A stretch of 64,000 bases of DNA. Source: an uncultured virus (IMG/VR IMGVR_UViG_3300044699_000169). Lineage: Duplodnaviria > Heunggongvirae > Uroviricota > Caudoviricetes. The notes under the pieces are model-generated. The model was not told the DNA's origin and made no database searches. It saw only the letters and a list, made by a program, of their open reading frames with translations. The position numbers and the translations under genes are program-made. The stretch lies in IMG/VR virus record IMGVR_UViG_3300044699_000169, one strand, 5' to 3'. Below are positions 40,918-51,857 of the stretch, in pieces. Positions within the stretch are counted from its first letter, which is position 1, and the number at the start of each line of letters is the position of its first letter.

Positions 40918-42748
40918 TTAGGTTCCGAGCACGCCGCCGGGCATCGGGAAGAATGTTATACCAAGCAATCGTGGTACCCGAAACGTCCACTCGGTAGTCG
41001 TACACCTGGAAGGATCCCGCCGGGATAGCTGTTCCCGCGAAGTCATACGGGTCGAGCGTCAGCTTAGCGCCCGGACTACCACCGTGGACTTCGTGAAAGT
41101 GCCCAGGGTATCGAGGCGGAAGGTCTCCTGGACCGTGATGTTGTTCACACCGTTGTTCTGGATGTAACCCTTCACCATCGCCAGACCGTATGGATTCCGA
41201 TACCAGACGATGAGGCTGTTTGTCCGCCGTCCCGCCGACGGAGGCGCTCCCGGCAACGCCGGTCGTCCCCTGAATGGTCGATCCGTTTCCACGAGGGAGG
41301 ATCGGATCCACGATGGGGCCGCCGCCGGTCTTGTTCGTGAACAGACGGTTGTTGTTGTTCGTAATAGCTCGCGCCACCGCCGCCTGTCTCGTTGACGTTC
41401 GGTCCGGTGGTCGGCGCGAACGTGAAATAGTTGTCGGTGATGATGTTCTCGCCGCTATTGAGCAGGATCGTCCCGTTCACAGGGGGGGAAGCACTCGGAG
41501 AAATCGTTTCGAGAATTCTGGTAGAGACCTCAACATCAATGATCTGCGGAGGAGTCGTCTGCCGAACCGGAACCGGTTGTTGCGGATCACCGCCTGCTCA
41601 TTCTGAATTTGAATACCGAAGGGATGAGCGACAGGCCAGGGATTCCGCACTTCGATGAGCTGGTTGTCGCCGACCACGACACCAGCGCCGAAGATCCCGA
41701 TGGGGCAGTCCTGAAGCCAGTTCGAGAAGAAGTTCGATCCAGCCTCTTCGGCCTCGAAGTAGATGCCACGGCACGCCGAGTCCCGAACGGTACCCGGGTT
41801 GAGGCCCTCGAAACTGCCGAAGAGGAAGTAAGTGACCGTCAAGTTGGACGTCGTCGTTGTTCCAGAGGGTGCTGTTGAAGCACTCGAACGTAGCGAAGTC
41901 GCTTTCGCCCGTCCCGATGGACATCTCGCAACTGTCGAGATAGCAGTCGCCGAACCAAGTGTCGTCAGCAAGTCTTCCAAAGAGCGGGGCCGTCCGGAGC
42001 GCGGGGATGGCGAACAGCGAGTCCCGATGAACTCGACCTCGGTGAGCCAGCGCGAGGAAGTCCGAAGCTCGAGTTGTGTAGGATGACGCTGTTGTTGGTC
42101 GAGCAGGGACGAATTCGGCACCGGAAAAGATGGAAGCGAGGATCGTCCTGCCAGAGGCGGAGGATGCCGAAGAGGTGCTCGCAGAGTCGATGGTCAGCTC
42201 CACGCCCGTCGTGACGATGTTCTCCATGTAGACTTCGGCCAGGCCATTGTTGTCCCGTACTGGACGACGGTCTGGCCGGCCACTTCGGTGCCGGTGACAA
42301 GGAAGTTGTCCAAGACGATAGGCGTGTTGGCGGTGTAGCCCGTTGGAATGGTGAAGGCTGGGATGGCATTCGCACCCAGGCTGATGATCGTGCCGCTTCC
42401 AGAACCCCTTATTGTGACAGGCTTCCCTGCGGGTAGAGCAATGGTAGCGGCCAAAGGGTATGTGCCTTGCTTGACATAGATCAAACCACCTTCGGCAGGC
42501 AATGCGAGGATCGCCGCAGCGATGGTAAGGTCGGTCCCATCTCCTGGGACCAAGCTGACGACTCTGGTGGCCGCGTAGATATCCGATCCGCCGCCCGCTG
42601 GAGCCCACTTCAATCCTGTGGGCTGGGTTCGAATCCGCGGTCAAGACCTGGCCATCGGGGCCACTGGAAGCGGAGTCATGCTGGCGGCACCCGCCACGCT
42701 GCTCCCAACCAGGATTGATCCTTTAATCTGGGTTTCCGGGAAGCTCAT
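40918..42748 (-). CDS. modular fibre/tailspike-like protein B (frameshifted)
   Basis: 5' ~300 nt nearly identical to protein A start; beta-helix-like fragments. Confidence 0.6.
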
Positions 42749-44396
42749 GATTGCACCGCTAAATAATGATCCACCCTGTTCCATTGGACTGGATTCGCAG
42801 GGCCTGCCACTGGGTGGTCAGAAGCTGGGTCGCAACGCCGTCGATTAGTTTCGGCGGCATCCGGGTCGATCGTCACGTTGTTCGCGCTCGCGTCGATCTT
42901 CTTGATCGTGTAGACGATCTTGTTGACCCGGCAGCCGGCGGCAGCGTGATCGTGCGCGCGCCGCCGCTTGCGTCCACCTCGATCGTGCGGGAATAGCCGG
43001 TGGAGAAGCGTGTTGACCGCGACCGTCGCGGTTCCTTCGTTGTTGACGAGGCTGTTGTCACCGATGATCACGGAGTTCTGGAAGAACGGATCGTTCCCAT
43101 CGTACCTGTTGAAGTCCGCCGTTCCGATCTCCTCGACATCAAGGCCGCTGTTCCCGTCGACGATGCAGTTCTGGCTGGCAATCCGGACTCTCTGAGAGGT
43201 CGTGGATCCGAAGGAGCACCCCTCAAGGACGACGGCATTCGCAGCGGCCAGGATGTCGATGAACCTTGCGATCACCGCGTTCGTATCGAAGACGGAATCT
43301 CCGATGATGCTTCCCTGGGCGCCCACGGACAGGGTTCCGTTCAGGATCCGGCAACGATCCATCTGGACGTAGTTGACGTCGCCCGCGCCCGGAATCCACA
43401 CCTCGGAATTGACCCACGCCAGATCCGGGTTGTTTGCGAATCCGCCACGAGGAACGACTCCGGTGAACGACGCGATCGTGTTGCTGGCGCGCCACTCGCC
43501 CGGACCATCCAGTGGCGCGAGGTCGCAAGGTTCGCCACACGGAAGAAGCAGTCCGTCGTGTGGACGAGCGGGAAGTCGGTCCCGGCGACCAGGAACGGCT
43601 TCTCCATGTTGTCGACCGTGACGTCCGACATCGTGACCGATTCAGTCGACGACCCGCCAATGTTAAATTCGAAAGCGACCTGCCCGGCAACGCCGCCGCC
43701 CAAGATCCGCATTCTTCCAAAGGTATACCTCTGGTTGAAGTTGATCGTGAACGCGGAGATTACATTCGCGCCCAGGCTGAGGATCGTTCCGTCTCCGCTC
43801 CCCAGGAACACGATCGGCTTGTTCGTGGGAACCAGAGATGCGGCGAGCGGGTAGATTCCTTGTTTGATATAGATGTAGCCTCCCTCAGCAGGGAGGGCTG
43901 CGATCGCCGCGGCGATCGTCAGATCAGTCCCGTCTCCTGCGATCAGGCTGACGACGCGGGTGGCGGCGAAGATGTCAGGGTTGAGCGCCCCCTGGAAGCC
44001 CTGATTTCCCTGGTTTCCCTGGTTTCCTTGAGGTCCCTGTACGCCGCTGCCTTGAAGACCCTGGAATCCCTGTGGACCTTGGACGCCCTGGAAACCTTGA
44101 GGACCCTGGTTTCCCTGAGGCCCTGGGGATCCGCTTCCGGATCCCTGAAAACCTTGGAAACCCTGGGATCCCTGGGAACCGGTTCCGCCTCCTCCAGTTC
44201 CGGCTGGACCTTGAAAGCCACGTTCTCCGCGACCGCCACCGCCTCCAAACCCCTGAAACCCACCGGCGGCCGGCGCTGGACGTGGACAGAGAAGGTCGGT
44301 GAGCTCGCAGAGGTCGATGATCTGGAGAGTGTCACGACCCCACAAGATACGTCCGTTACGCATCTTGACGGAGCCGTTTTTCAGCAGTTCAGCCAT
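42745..44396 (-). CDS. collagen plus beta-helix fibre protein C (frameshifted)
   Basis: GGGGRGERGFQGPAGTGGGG and GXQ repeats, AATRVVSLIAGDGTD module, IKKIDASANNVTI C-terminal module. Confidence 0.65.
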
Positions 44397-44432
44397 ATTT
44401 CAAACCCTATCTGAAATTTCTCGCCTAAGCCG

Positions 44433-45305
44433 CTACACCGCGATCGTGAACGTGTACTGCCCGATGATCGTCTGCCCGTTTTCCGACGATCACCGGGCCG
44501 GTCAGGTCTCGGAGCATCATGGTCGTGCGGTTGGCTGCGCCGAGACTGTCTCCCATCTCCGGGAAGAGGCCCATCTCCTCGACCGTAAAACGATCCGCCC
44601 GTACCGTTGAGGATCTGGCCGGTCACAGTGAAGATGGTGTTCGTCGAGTCCTCGACGACGAGTGCGACCGCGACCGCCGCCTCCGTGGTGGGCCCCAGAA
44701 GCACGCCCTGGAGGTTGAACTGCGTGGTCGAAAGCGCCGCCGACGAGTTCCCGAACTTGATCTTGGCGAGGCCGCTGATGATCGCGATGACGCCCGCGTT
44801 GCCGGCGTTGCTCTTGGTGCGGGTCAGGAACGTCGCCCCCGCATCGTCCGTCAGCGTCTCGTTCAGGTTGATCGCGCTGTCGAGGTTCTGGAAGATGCCC
44901 CTCATCCAGAATCCGAAATTCCGCGTGAAGGAGTGGGACGGACCTTCGATCTTCTTCACCCACTTCCTCGTCACCGGGTGACGGAAGGGTACTTCCCTCT
45001 CCGTGTTCGTTCAGGATCTTGACTGCCCACTTCGCGAAGATGCCCATACCGGCAGGCACCGCTGGAAGGCGCAGCCCTTTCACGCGGCGGGGAGGATGGG
45101 CCAGTCCACTCTTGAGCGCCTGGGCTACCGGGATTTCTTCCGGCAGGAGCAGCGACTTCGAGGGCTTGAGGACCACGGACTTCGTCGCGACCGAGCCGAC
45201 ATCGTGGGTGTTCGAGACCAGGGTACGTGCCACCTTTCCCGGAGCTGGAATGTCCCCAGGAAGGATGATGCTCTTTACCGCCTTGGGTCTCAGGTTCTTG
45301 TCCAT
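44433..45305 (-). CDS. putative structural protein (frameshifted), paralogue of 45329-46141
   Basis: AAGGAAGG RBS; SHSFTRNF matches SRSYIRNF in neighbour. Confidence 0.55.
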
Positions 45306-45328
45306 CTGGCGTTCCTTCCTTCTATCAG

Positions 45329-46141
45329 TTAGACCGGGAAATCCAGCGTATACCGAGGCGCGATGACGCCGCCCGTGGCGACGGGCGTGCTGGTGATGCC
45401 GTCGTAGGCGATCAGAGTGATGTCCGGGACGACCGATCTGTTCACGGCGTTCGAGATGAAGAACAGCCAGAGGCCGATCTCCGTGACATTGACCGTCACG
45501 GCCTGAGAGTTCGTAATGCCCGTCGTGATTTCCAGCGTCGTCGTCGAGGTATTCTGGACGCTGGTACGGACGTTGTTCCTCGAGCTGATGATTGGACCGA
45601 CCGGGGCAACCAGCGCGTTCCGCGTATGGCTCTCCAGGGGAACGCCGTTGCCGATCTGGAAGCCTGCTCCCGACAATTCGGGGTTGGCAGTCGCGCCGAA
45701 TGACCCGGGAGAAAGACTGACTTCAGGCGTCAACCCGAGACCGCCGATGCCCGTCCCGTTGTTGAGCATGACGGTGACGCTGCCGCCGCCTGAATCCACC
45801 AATTGCACGTTCTGACCGAACAGGTTCCGAAGGATGCGGGCGAAGTTGCGGATGTAGGACCGGGACTCCCACTTCCTGGCGATCTGGAAATCCTTTTTTG
45901 GCGTGTAGACGCGGACTTCGCCCGTCAGTCGTCCGATGTGGCCGAAGCCTGCGATGTCCTTGACCGGCAGGACCGCGTTGAAGTCCTCCTCATTGACGCG
46001 CTCGAACCTCCGCTTCCCTGGGAACTGACGGAGGAAGGTCGTGTCGGGTTTTGCCTTCCCGACGCGAAAGAGGGTCTTCAACTGTCTCTGAGAGAGCGGA
46101 ACAATCGCCTCTCTGGGCTCAGTGATGAGCGAGGACGCCAT
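45329..46141 (-). CDS. putative structural protein
   Basis: VNVTEIGL..LIAYD..YTLDF fibre/baseplate-like pattern. Confidence 0.6.
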   Translation of the reverse strand: MASSLITEPREAIVPLSQRQLKTLFRVGKAKPDTTFLRQFPGKRRFERVNEEDFNAVLPVKDIAGFGHIGRLTGEVRVYTPKKDFQIARKWESRSYIRNFARILRNLFGQNVQLVDSGGGSVTVMLNNGTGIGGLGLTPEVSLSPGSFGATANPELSGAGFQIGNGVPLESHTRNALVAPVGPIISSRNNVRTSVQNTSTTTLEITTGITNSQAVTVNVTEIGLWLFFISNAVNRSVVPDITLIAYDGITSTPVATGGVIAPRYTLDFPV

Positions 46142-46155
46142 AAAAATTTCTCCTT

Positions 46156-46500
46156 CTACACGACGGACGTAGATGTAGCAACGCCCACCGTGGGCGCTTC
46201 GCCAGCGGGAACGTCGGGAGTTACGAGAGAGTTCGAGGTCAGCAGGGGAATGGACTGTAGCGCGTTTACGGAGAGCGTCTCCGCAAACGCCACTCCAATC
46301 GTGGGCGTTTCTGCCGCCGGAGAGGAGACTGAACCAAGATCCGGCACCGCGATCAGGCTGCGCGCCAGTTGAATGAGAGGCTGAGCGAACGCGATCTTCT
46401 GGACCCCGACCGTCATGGTGCCGCCCTGAGCAAAGGCGATGTCTCCCGCCCTCATCGCTCTCAGGGATTGAATCTGCGGATCGGGGAGAAATTTGCTCAT
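46156..46500 (-). CDS. hypothetical protein
   Basis: Internal PT(I/V)GV repeats. Confidence 0.55.
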   Translation of the reverse strand: MSKFLPDPQIQSLRAMRAGDIAFAQGGTMTVGVQKIAFAQPLIQLARSLIAVPDLGSVSSPAAETPTIGVAFAETLSVNALQSIPLLTSNSLVTPDVPAGEAPTVGVATSTSVV

Positions 46501-46614
46501 GCTACACCACGCTCACCGTATGGCTCACGCCGACCGTCGGCGGCGGCGGCTCGACGATCTGCGGATTCGTGGACGATGTATCCACAACGACGATCGGGCT
46601 TATGATCACGGTGC

Positions 46615-46917
46615 TCATACCGCGAACCCCTTTCCGGTCGGATACTCGACCGTCAGCTTGTCGATACCCCCGTCCGATCCGAGGTCCCCGATGCGCTGCT
46701 GGACGCACAGAAGCCGAAGGAAGTCGATCAGGGAAATCGTGACCGAACCCGTGGCAACGCACGCGGCATGGTGGACCATGACGTTCGACACCTGCCCATC
46801 GTGAGACGGGCTTCCGGTGGCCTTGTCGTTCCACACGTCCATGATCGGCTGCCCGCACACGTCGCACGCGACGAGGGGTCTATCGAGGATTGAGTCCGAG
46901 TAGAGCTTGAAGGCCAT
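46615..46917 (-). CDS. hypothetical Zn-binding protein
   Basis: GGAGG RBS; CDVC..HAAC. Confidence 0.65.
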   Translation of the reverse strand: MAFKLYSDSILDRPLVACDVCGQPIMDVWNDKATGSPSHDGQVSNVMVHHAACVATGSVTISLIDFLRLLCVQQRIGDLGSDGGIDKLTVEYPTGKGFAV

Positions 46918-46926
46918 TCGATCCTC

Positions 46927-47262
46927 CTACGGTCCGATATCCCAGCCATGGGGGCGCTCGCTGATGACGCCAAGGGTGGACGCTTTGACTGAGATGACGC
47001 GGCCCGCCGGCAGCACCATCGGTCCATGTTCGTAGGTCGATTGGGGCTGGATCGACAGTTTCGTCTCAACGTCCGCGTCCGTCCCAGCTGCCACGCTCGT
47101 CTTGTTCCAGATCGTGAGTTGGATCGAGGACAGGGAATCATTGTTCACGAAGCGAAGCACTGGGATATCGAACTCATGATTGGCCGGAACAGGGCCAATG
47201 ATGTTCGTTTCCACATCGGGAACAAGTCCCGGCGCAATGTCCAGGGCAACAGTCGTAGCCAC
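46927..47262 (-). CDS. hypothetical beta-rich protein
   Basis: Coupled to upstream gene, GGAGG RBS. Confidence 0.65.
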   Translation of the reverse strand: MATTVALDIAPGLVPDVETNIIGPVPANHEFDIPVLRFVNNDSLSSIQLTIWNKTSVAAGTDADVETKLSIQPQSTYEHGPMVLPAGRVISVKASTLGVISERPHGWDIGP

Positions 47263-47492
47263 TAGCCGCCTCCAGTCACGCCGACGTTGTGGAACATGCT
47301 AAAGCGGAAGATGTCCCGGGGATCTATGGCGGCGGTCGGCGCGGTCGCATACTTGAGGCCCGTTGGAGATGTCGAATCCGCCGTCAGCACCGTTCCGTCG
47401 GGACCCGGCAAAAGGGGGGTCATGCTCGCGGCCCCGGGGACGCTGCTCCCAACCAGGATCGTGCCTTTGACCTGGGATTCTGGGAAGCTCAT
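47262..47492 (-). CDS. stand-alone MSFPE head module protein
   Basis: MSFPESQVKGTILVGSS..GPDGTVLTADSTSPTGLKY, same module as proteins A and B. Confidence 0.7.
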   Translation of the reverse strand: MSFPESQVKGTILVGSSVPGAASMTPLLPGPDGTVLTADSTSPTGLKYATAPTAAIDPRDIFRFSMFHNVGVTGGG

Positions 47493-47501
47493 AAGACAAT
47501 A

Positions 47502-48170
47502 CTATCCAAAAATCACGTCATCGAACAGCGCCAGCTGAAGGAAGACGTCGGCGTCCCCAGCGTCGTCTCTCTGGTCGAGCACCCTGGCGTAGTGCTCGGG
47601 AAACTTCTGCTTCATCAGCATGAGGCCCCTCTTGATGGCCGGAAGGTCCAGGACGTGCGCTTCGTCCCCCTCAGTGTCCCGAATGATAAGCTGACCCCCT
47701 GGGATCGTGGGGATCAGCTGCGACCAGTGGTAGTACTGCTCGGACCCATCTTCCCGGCGAGGCTGCATCCTGCCGCCTTCCTTGAAGTCGGCCATCTTGG
47801 TGCCAGGCGGAAGCTTTTTCCCGTCGATCCGGTACCAATAGTTCGATCCACCTTCGAAGGCATTGGAGAGAAGGTCCCGAACCATCTGTTCGGTCTTCGG
47901 ATCGAGGCGCTCCTCCACGCGGGACACGTCCGGGCGACCTTTCTCGAGGATCCCGAAACGATCGCCCAGGGTGCTCTTGAGTTGCTCGAGGGAAAGGGAC
48001 ATCGACTCGTCGATCACGCTGATCGACGGCTCGGTGATCTCTCCGGCGGCTGCGTACTCCCCCAGGAGATCCTTGAGCTCGTTGAATTCTGAGTTCGTGA
48101 GTTTCGCGAAATACCCATCCGGACCGTCGCCGGTCACGAACCTGACGTCGTAGATGTCACGCTTGGACAT
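47502..48170 (-). CDS. hypothetical phage protein
   Basis: AFEGGSNYW..DAGDADVFLQLALFDDVIFG. Confidence 0.7.
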   Translation of the reverse strand: MSKRDIYDVRFVTGDGPDGYFAKLTNSEFNELKDLLGEYAAAGEITEPSISVIDESMSLSLEQLKSTLGDRFGILEKGRPDVSRVEERLDPKTEQMVRDLLSNAFEGGSNYWYRIDGKKLPPGTKMADFKEGGRMQPRREDGSEQYYHWSQLIPTIPGGQLIIRDTEGDEAHVLDLPAIKRGLMLMKQKFPEHYARVLDQRDDAGDADVFLQLALFDDVIFG

Positions 48171-48171
48171 C

Positions 48172-48561
48172 TCAACTCTCGATCTCGAAACCCATGGCCT
48201 GGAGCTCCTCGGCAGAGATGTCCTCGTACTGGCCGATGAAGGCTTCGCCATCCTCGAGCGTGGTGTAGACGTGCTCACGACGGAGCTCTTTTCCGGTGGC
48301 GTCGATCAGAGCTTCGGAGAGGGCTTCCAGGTACTCGTCCACGATCTCCCCTTCGAAGCCTTCCTTCGCAGCCTCATTCCACTCCTTGGACGGGAAGGCT
48401 TCGCGCGCCATACGCTCAATGGTCTGGTAGGATCCGATCCAGTGCATCCGGTCGATGCGGTTCTTTTCCGTGCGTCGCCACTTCTCCGCACGAAGATCGG
48501 AAAGAAGGCCGGGAATGTCCCACTGACGCCGGATCGTCGTCAGGAGCTTCTTCTGGTTCAT
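48172..48561 (-). CDS. hypothetical protein
   Basis: GGAGAG RBS. Confidence 0.65.
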   Translation of the reverse strand: MNQKKLLTTIRRQWDIPGLLSDLRAEKWRRTEKNRIDRMHWIGSYQTIERMAREAFPSKEWNEAAKEGFEGEIVDEYLEALSEALIDATGKELRREHVYTTLEDGEAFIGQYEDISAEELQAMGFEIES

Positions 48562-48605
48562 GATCCGGCCACTCTCCGATCGTCCACGATGGAAACGGCC
48601 TTCTC

Positions 48606-48977
48606 TTAGAAGAAGAAGCTTCCGCTGTAGGGCCTCACGTAGAGAACCGGCTGGCGAGGAACGGCCGGCTGCTCAGGCTCGCAGATGAACCGCTCTTCGC
48701 CGTCCTCTTCTTCCGTCTTCTTGCAGATGTAGCGCGGCCGCGCAGGCTCGGCAGGCGGATAGAAGTACGGCTGATTCCAGTAGAAGGGGTAGCTCGGACC
48801 GGAGAAGAACGTCGGGAAGAACGGGAATCTGCCGAAATTGGTACCGGTGTCGCTCGTGTTCCCGTCGGAAGGCGCTGGGGAGGACGAAGGGCCTGGGGAA
48901 GCTGCTGGGGAAGGCCCTCCGTTCTGGCCAAGCCTCACGGAAACCTGGGGAAGGAAGCCCTGTCTCGTCATATGCAT
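48606..48977 (-). CDS. Pro/aromatic-rich LGQ-motif protein
   Basis: GFLPQVSVRLGQNG. Confidence 0.65.
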   Translation of the reverse strand: MHMTRQGFLPQVSVRLGQNGGPSPAASPGPSSSPAPSDGNTSDTGTNFGRFPFFPTFFSGPSYPFYWNQPYFYPPAEPARPRYICKKTEEEDGEERFICEPEQPAVPRQPVLYVRPYSGSFFF

Positions 48978-49026
48978 TCTCCCTCTATCCCATCAAGATA
49001 CCATCCGCCAAGTTCAAAAGGTAGGG

Positions 49027-49635
49027 TTACGCGTTAAGTTCGACGACGTTGTCGCTCGAGTCGAGGATCGCGTAGCCGCCATCCCAGCCGGGCTGGGTGA
49101 AGCCGCCGTCGCTCATGGCGTGATCGGCTGGATCCACCGTACATCCGAAGGGGCCTGAGCGTCGGTTGATGGGTCCGGTCCTCGGGCCCACGTACTCGAC
49201 CCAGTAGGTGTTCTCGTGACCCGACTCTTCTGGCGGCGCGCCCCAGACCGTCTCTGAAGGATGCCGGTTGCTCCAGGTGGCGATCACGATCTGGCCGTTG
49301 CAGTCGTCGGGATCGCAGAAATCCCAGCCCTTTTCAGGCTTGACGAGATCTCCCTCCCAGCCTTCGACACGGACCCGGAAGCGGTCCTTCTTGAGGTAGA
49401 TCGCCGACTGACGCCGGCTTGGGAAGACCTGGATGCTTCCCCAGTGGTAACGCTGTATGCGCGGACCGGTGGCGACGATCACGCGCTCAAGCACCTTTCG
49501 GCGTTCTGGGTTGGTTTTTTCCTCTTCCTTGAGCTTCATCGCGATGATCTCGCACTGCGACTCACCGCTCATGCAGCTGATCCGCCCGGATCGTGCTGGG
49601 GCGCCACTCATGAATGACCTCTCAATCGTTCCCAA
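49027..49635 (-). CDS. hypothetical protein
   Basis: 202-aa ORF, start uncertain. Confidence 0.55.
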   Translation of the reverse strand: MGTIERSFMSGAPARSGRISCMSGESQCEIIAMKLKEEEKTNPERRKVLERVIVATGPRIQRYHWGSIQVFPSRRQSAIYLKKDRFRVRVEGWEGDLVKPEKGWDFCDPDDCNGQIVIATWSNRHPSETVWGAPPEESGHENTYWVEYVGPRTGPINRRSGPFGCTVDPADHAMSDGGFTQPGWDGGYAILDSSDNVVELNA

Positions 49636-49675
49636 AAGAATAGCATGAAGACGCGTCCGTCTCCACGCTTACCCG

Positions 49676-49963
49676 TCACGAGAAAGCTTCCTCTCGAGCT
49701 CGATCAGGTCCCGGAAGCTCTATCTTCAGGATTTCTCCGGAAAGAATTAGAGCATGGAGCTGCTCCATTCTGTCGGGCTTTCCGAGGTAGTAATCCTGGA
49801 TCGCTCCGGCCTTTTTGTACTTCTCGAGCATCTTAGCGATCTCTTCAGCCTGCCCCATAGTGAGCTCGGCGATGAAGGGCTTCGTTTCGTAGGTCGGAAA
49901 CTTCAGACGGGCAACGAAGGAGAGTTTTCTAGCCGCAGGAGCCACTAGATCACCACCGCCCAT
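49676..49963 (-). CDS. hypothetical protein
   Basis: Start uncertain. Confidence 0.45.
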   Translation of the reverse strand: MGGGDLVAPAARKLSFVARLKFPTYETKPFIAELTMGQAEEIAKMLEKYKKAGAIQDYYLGKPDRMEQLHALILSGEILKIELPGPDRAREEAFS

Positions 49964-50172
49964 CCGGACAACCGAATCAAGTCGCTGAAACTGCAATTTG
50001 CGCGCTTGCACGAAAACAGCGCCATCAGGGTTCCGTCCTCGTTGATGTTGTCAAGTTCGACCAAGACGATCCCTGAACAATCAGGGCAGGAGAAGAAAAC
50101 CCTCTTCTTCCCGGTCTTCCAGAGATACCAGGTGCCCGCCGTAAGGGCAGTGTCGTATCGCAAGTCCCGCAC
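49945..50172 (-). CDS. small Cys-containing protein
   Basis: CPDC..C...C pattern similar to 10924-11292. Confidence 0.5.
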   Translation of the reverse strand: MRDLRYDTALTAGTWYLWKTGKKRVFFSCPDCSGIVLVELDNINEDGTLMALFSCKRANCSFSDLIRLSGWAVVI

Positions 50173-50276
50173 TTCTTGGGCCTCCTTAACCAGAAGGCCC
50201 CCGGTCGCATGTTCATTTTACGAGAACCTGAGCTCGAGAGCTAGATTCGAAGAGAAGAGGACTGGCGTGAGATTTT

Positions 50277-50626
50277 TGGTGGAGGCGGCGGGAGTCGCAC
50301 CCGCGTCCTGGAGAGATTCACGAAGGCGTCTACGCGCGTAGGCGGCGATTTGTTCTCGGTCTCGGGACGATCACCGCCGATCTTCCGTCGACCATATTCC
50401 GGATTGTTTCTTGGAAACCCTTTCCCGGACTCTTCGGGCTTCCCAGCCGATTTTTAACGTCGCATCCCGCCGATCGGCGTAAGCTGGCGCGACGTCGCGG
50501 TCAGGCCGCGAGGGACAGCTGGCGCTTGCCAGTTAGGGTTTTGGTCTCGTTTTTACGCAGCCTCGAGACCGACTGCGGCGCGCGGCTTGTCCGATCCGCA
50601 CTCCAGTCGAAAACTAGTTCGCCCCC
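50277..50626 (-). ncRNA. ssrA: tmRNA, tag peptide (A)GKRQLSLAA
   Basis: 5' GGGGGCG pairs with 3' CGCCTCC-ACCA including G3-U70; TTCGAC after D-like loop; tag ORF 50530-50501 ending LAA-TGA. Confidence 0.93.
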
Positions 50627-50684
50627 GGTTTAGAAAGATCGACGCTCGGACGTTTTCGTCCAAGCAGTTTAATGTTCTTCTGTT

Positions 50685-51008
50685 CTATCGAACGAAGTAC
50701 CAGCGGAGCGGGAAAGTCCGCGCCGCGGTCGGGGCGAGGATGCCCGTCAGCCCGATCAGGGCCGCCAGTCCCGCCGCGACCCCGCCCGCCCATCCGGCAA
50801 CCTTGAGGAAGCCCTTATCCGTATGCGTGGCGGTGTAGATCGACGCATACGAGGCGGCCGCCGCGAGGCTCGTCCAGATGATGCCTTCAGGGACCAGCGG
50901 AGGCTGTATCACCGGTTCATCGGCAAGGATGGGCACGGCCTGTGCGAGACGAGCCGGCCGATACGCTGGGGGCTGAAACGCGACGGGCCTGAAAGTTGGA
51001 GCGTACAT
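50685..51008 (-). CDS. LAQ-motif two-TM protein
   Basis: AAGGAGG RBS; RPARLAQ; two hydrophobic helices. Confidence 0.7.
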   Translation of the reverse strand: MYAPTFRPVAFQPPAYRPARLAQAVPILADEPVIQPPLVPEGIIWTSLAAAASYASIYTATHTDKGFLKVAGWAGGVAAGLAALIGLTGILAPTAARTFPLRWYFVR

Positions 51009-51059
51009 GAATTGTTTCCTCCTTACCCCCATATCCTATCCTTAACCGATCAGCAACGG

Positions 51060-51098
51060 AAAGAAAAACAGCCCGGACGTTTCCATCCGGGCTGTTTC
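51060..51098 (-). terminator. intrinsic terminator after HNH gene
   Basis: AAACAGCCCGGA/TCCGGGCTGTTT stem followed by TTTTTCTTT on minus strand. Confidence 0.7.
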
Positions 51099-51114
51099 GA
51101 TCCGCGTCTGACGA

Positions 51115-51726
51115 TCAGGGTTCGAGCTCGACCTCCCAGTATGCACGGCCGAGGAACTGCTCCCAGCTCTCGCGCCGGGCCTTGGGATGGACCTGGGCGA
51201 GCGTCTTCCAGCTTGGCTTCTTCGGCGTCTTGCGAGGAGTCATCCCGGCCTGCTCGAGCGTCTTGTCGGCCTTGCGCTTGTTGCACTCGACGCACGCGAG
51301 CAGACAGTTCTCCCAGGTCGACGTCCCGCCGCGGCTCCGAGGAATCACATGGTCGATCGTGAGCTCCTCCGGACCCGGCTGCTTCCCGCAGTACTGGCAG
51401 GTGTATCGGTCGCGCTTGAAGATGTTCTTCCGCGAGAAGACCACCGACCGCTCGCCACGTCCTTCGTACTCCGTGAGGACGACCACCTCGGGCGGGACGA
51501 TCGCCAGATGCTGGGAGCGGATCAGGCCGTCGCCGACGACCTTCATCGCCTTGGAGACTTCTCCCCAGGAAATCAGGTCATGCCGGTCGAACGTGGCCGG
51601 GTCGATGACGAAAGCCGATCCCTTGGCGACCAGGCCGATCGCGTCCTTGACGGACGTCGTCTGGATGGGATCCCAGCGCCGGTTCAGCACCAGCACCGTG
51701 CGGTCGAGCGCCTTCAAGGCCTCCAC
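51115..51726 (-). CDS. HNH endonuclease (McrA-like)
   Basis: AAGGAGGT-GTG; VLVLN..FSRKNIFKRDRYTCQYCG..TIDHVIPRSRGG..WEN..C..CN. Confidence 0.92.
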   Translation of the reverse strand: MEALKALDRTVLVLNRRWDPIQTTSVKDAIGLVAKGSAFVIDPATFDRHDLISWGEVSKAMKVVGDGLIRSQHLAIVPPEVVVLTEYEGRGERSVVFSRKNIFKRDRYTCQYCGKQPGPEELTIDHVIPRSRGGTSTWENCLLACVECNKRKADKTLEQAGMTPRKTPKKPSWKTLAQVHPKARRESWEQFLGRAYWEVELEP

Positions 51727-51782
51727 GGGCCACCTCCTTGCAGACCTGAGAAAATCGGGCTGGAACGATTCTATCTCGATTC

Positions 51783-51857
51783 TGGTACCCCGGCCAGGAG
51801 TCGCGCCTGGACTTGCGGCTTCGGAGACCGCCGTGCGATCTGTTACACCACCGGGGC
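51783..51857 (-). tRNA. tRNA-Arg(CCG)
   Basis: Cloverleaf, loop CTCCGAA, CCA. Confidence 0.85.

Noticed and set aside
40330..42748. Diversity-generating retroelement template/variable repeat pair
   Set aside because: The repeats are at gene 5' ends, differences are not adenine-specific, and no reverse transcriptase is in the window.
38822..45305. Many frameshifts suggesting pseudogenes or programmed frameshifting (also 9.2-10.1, 24, 25.8-26.6, 53.9-54.7 and 59-63.6 kb)
   Set aside because: Indels cluster by region and hit unrelated genes and even tRNAs, which fits low-coverage long-read error better than biology.
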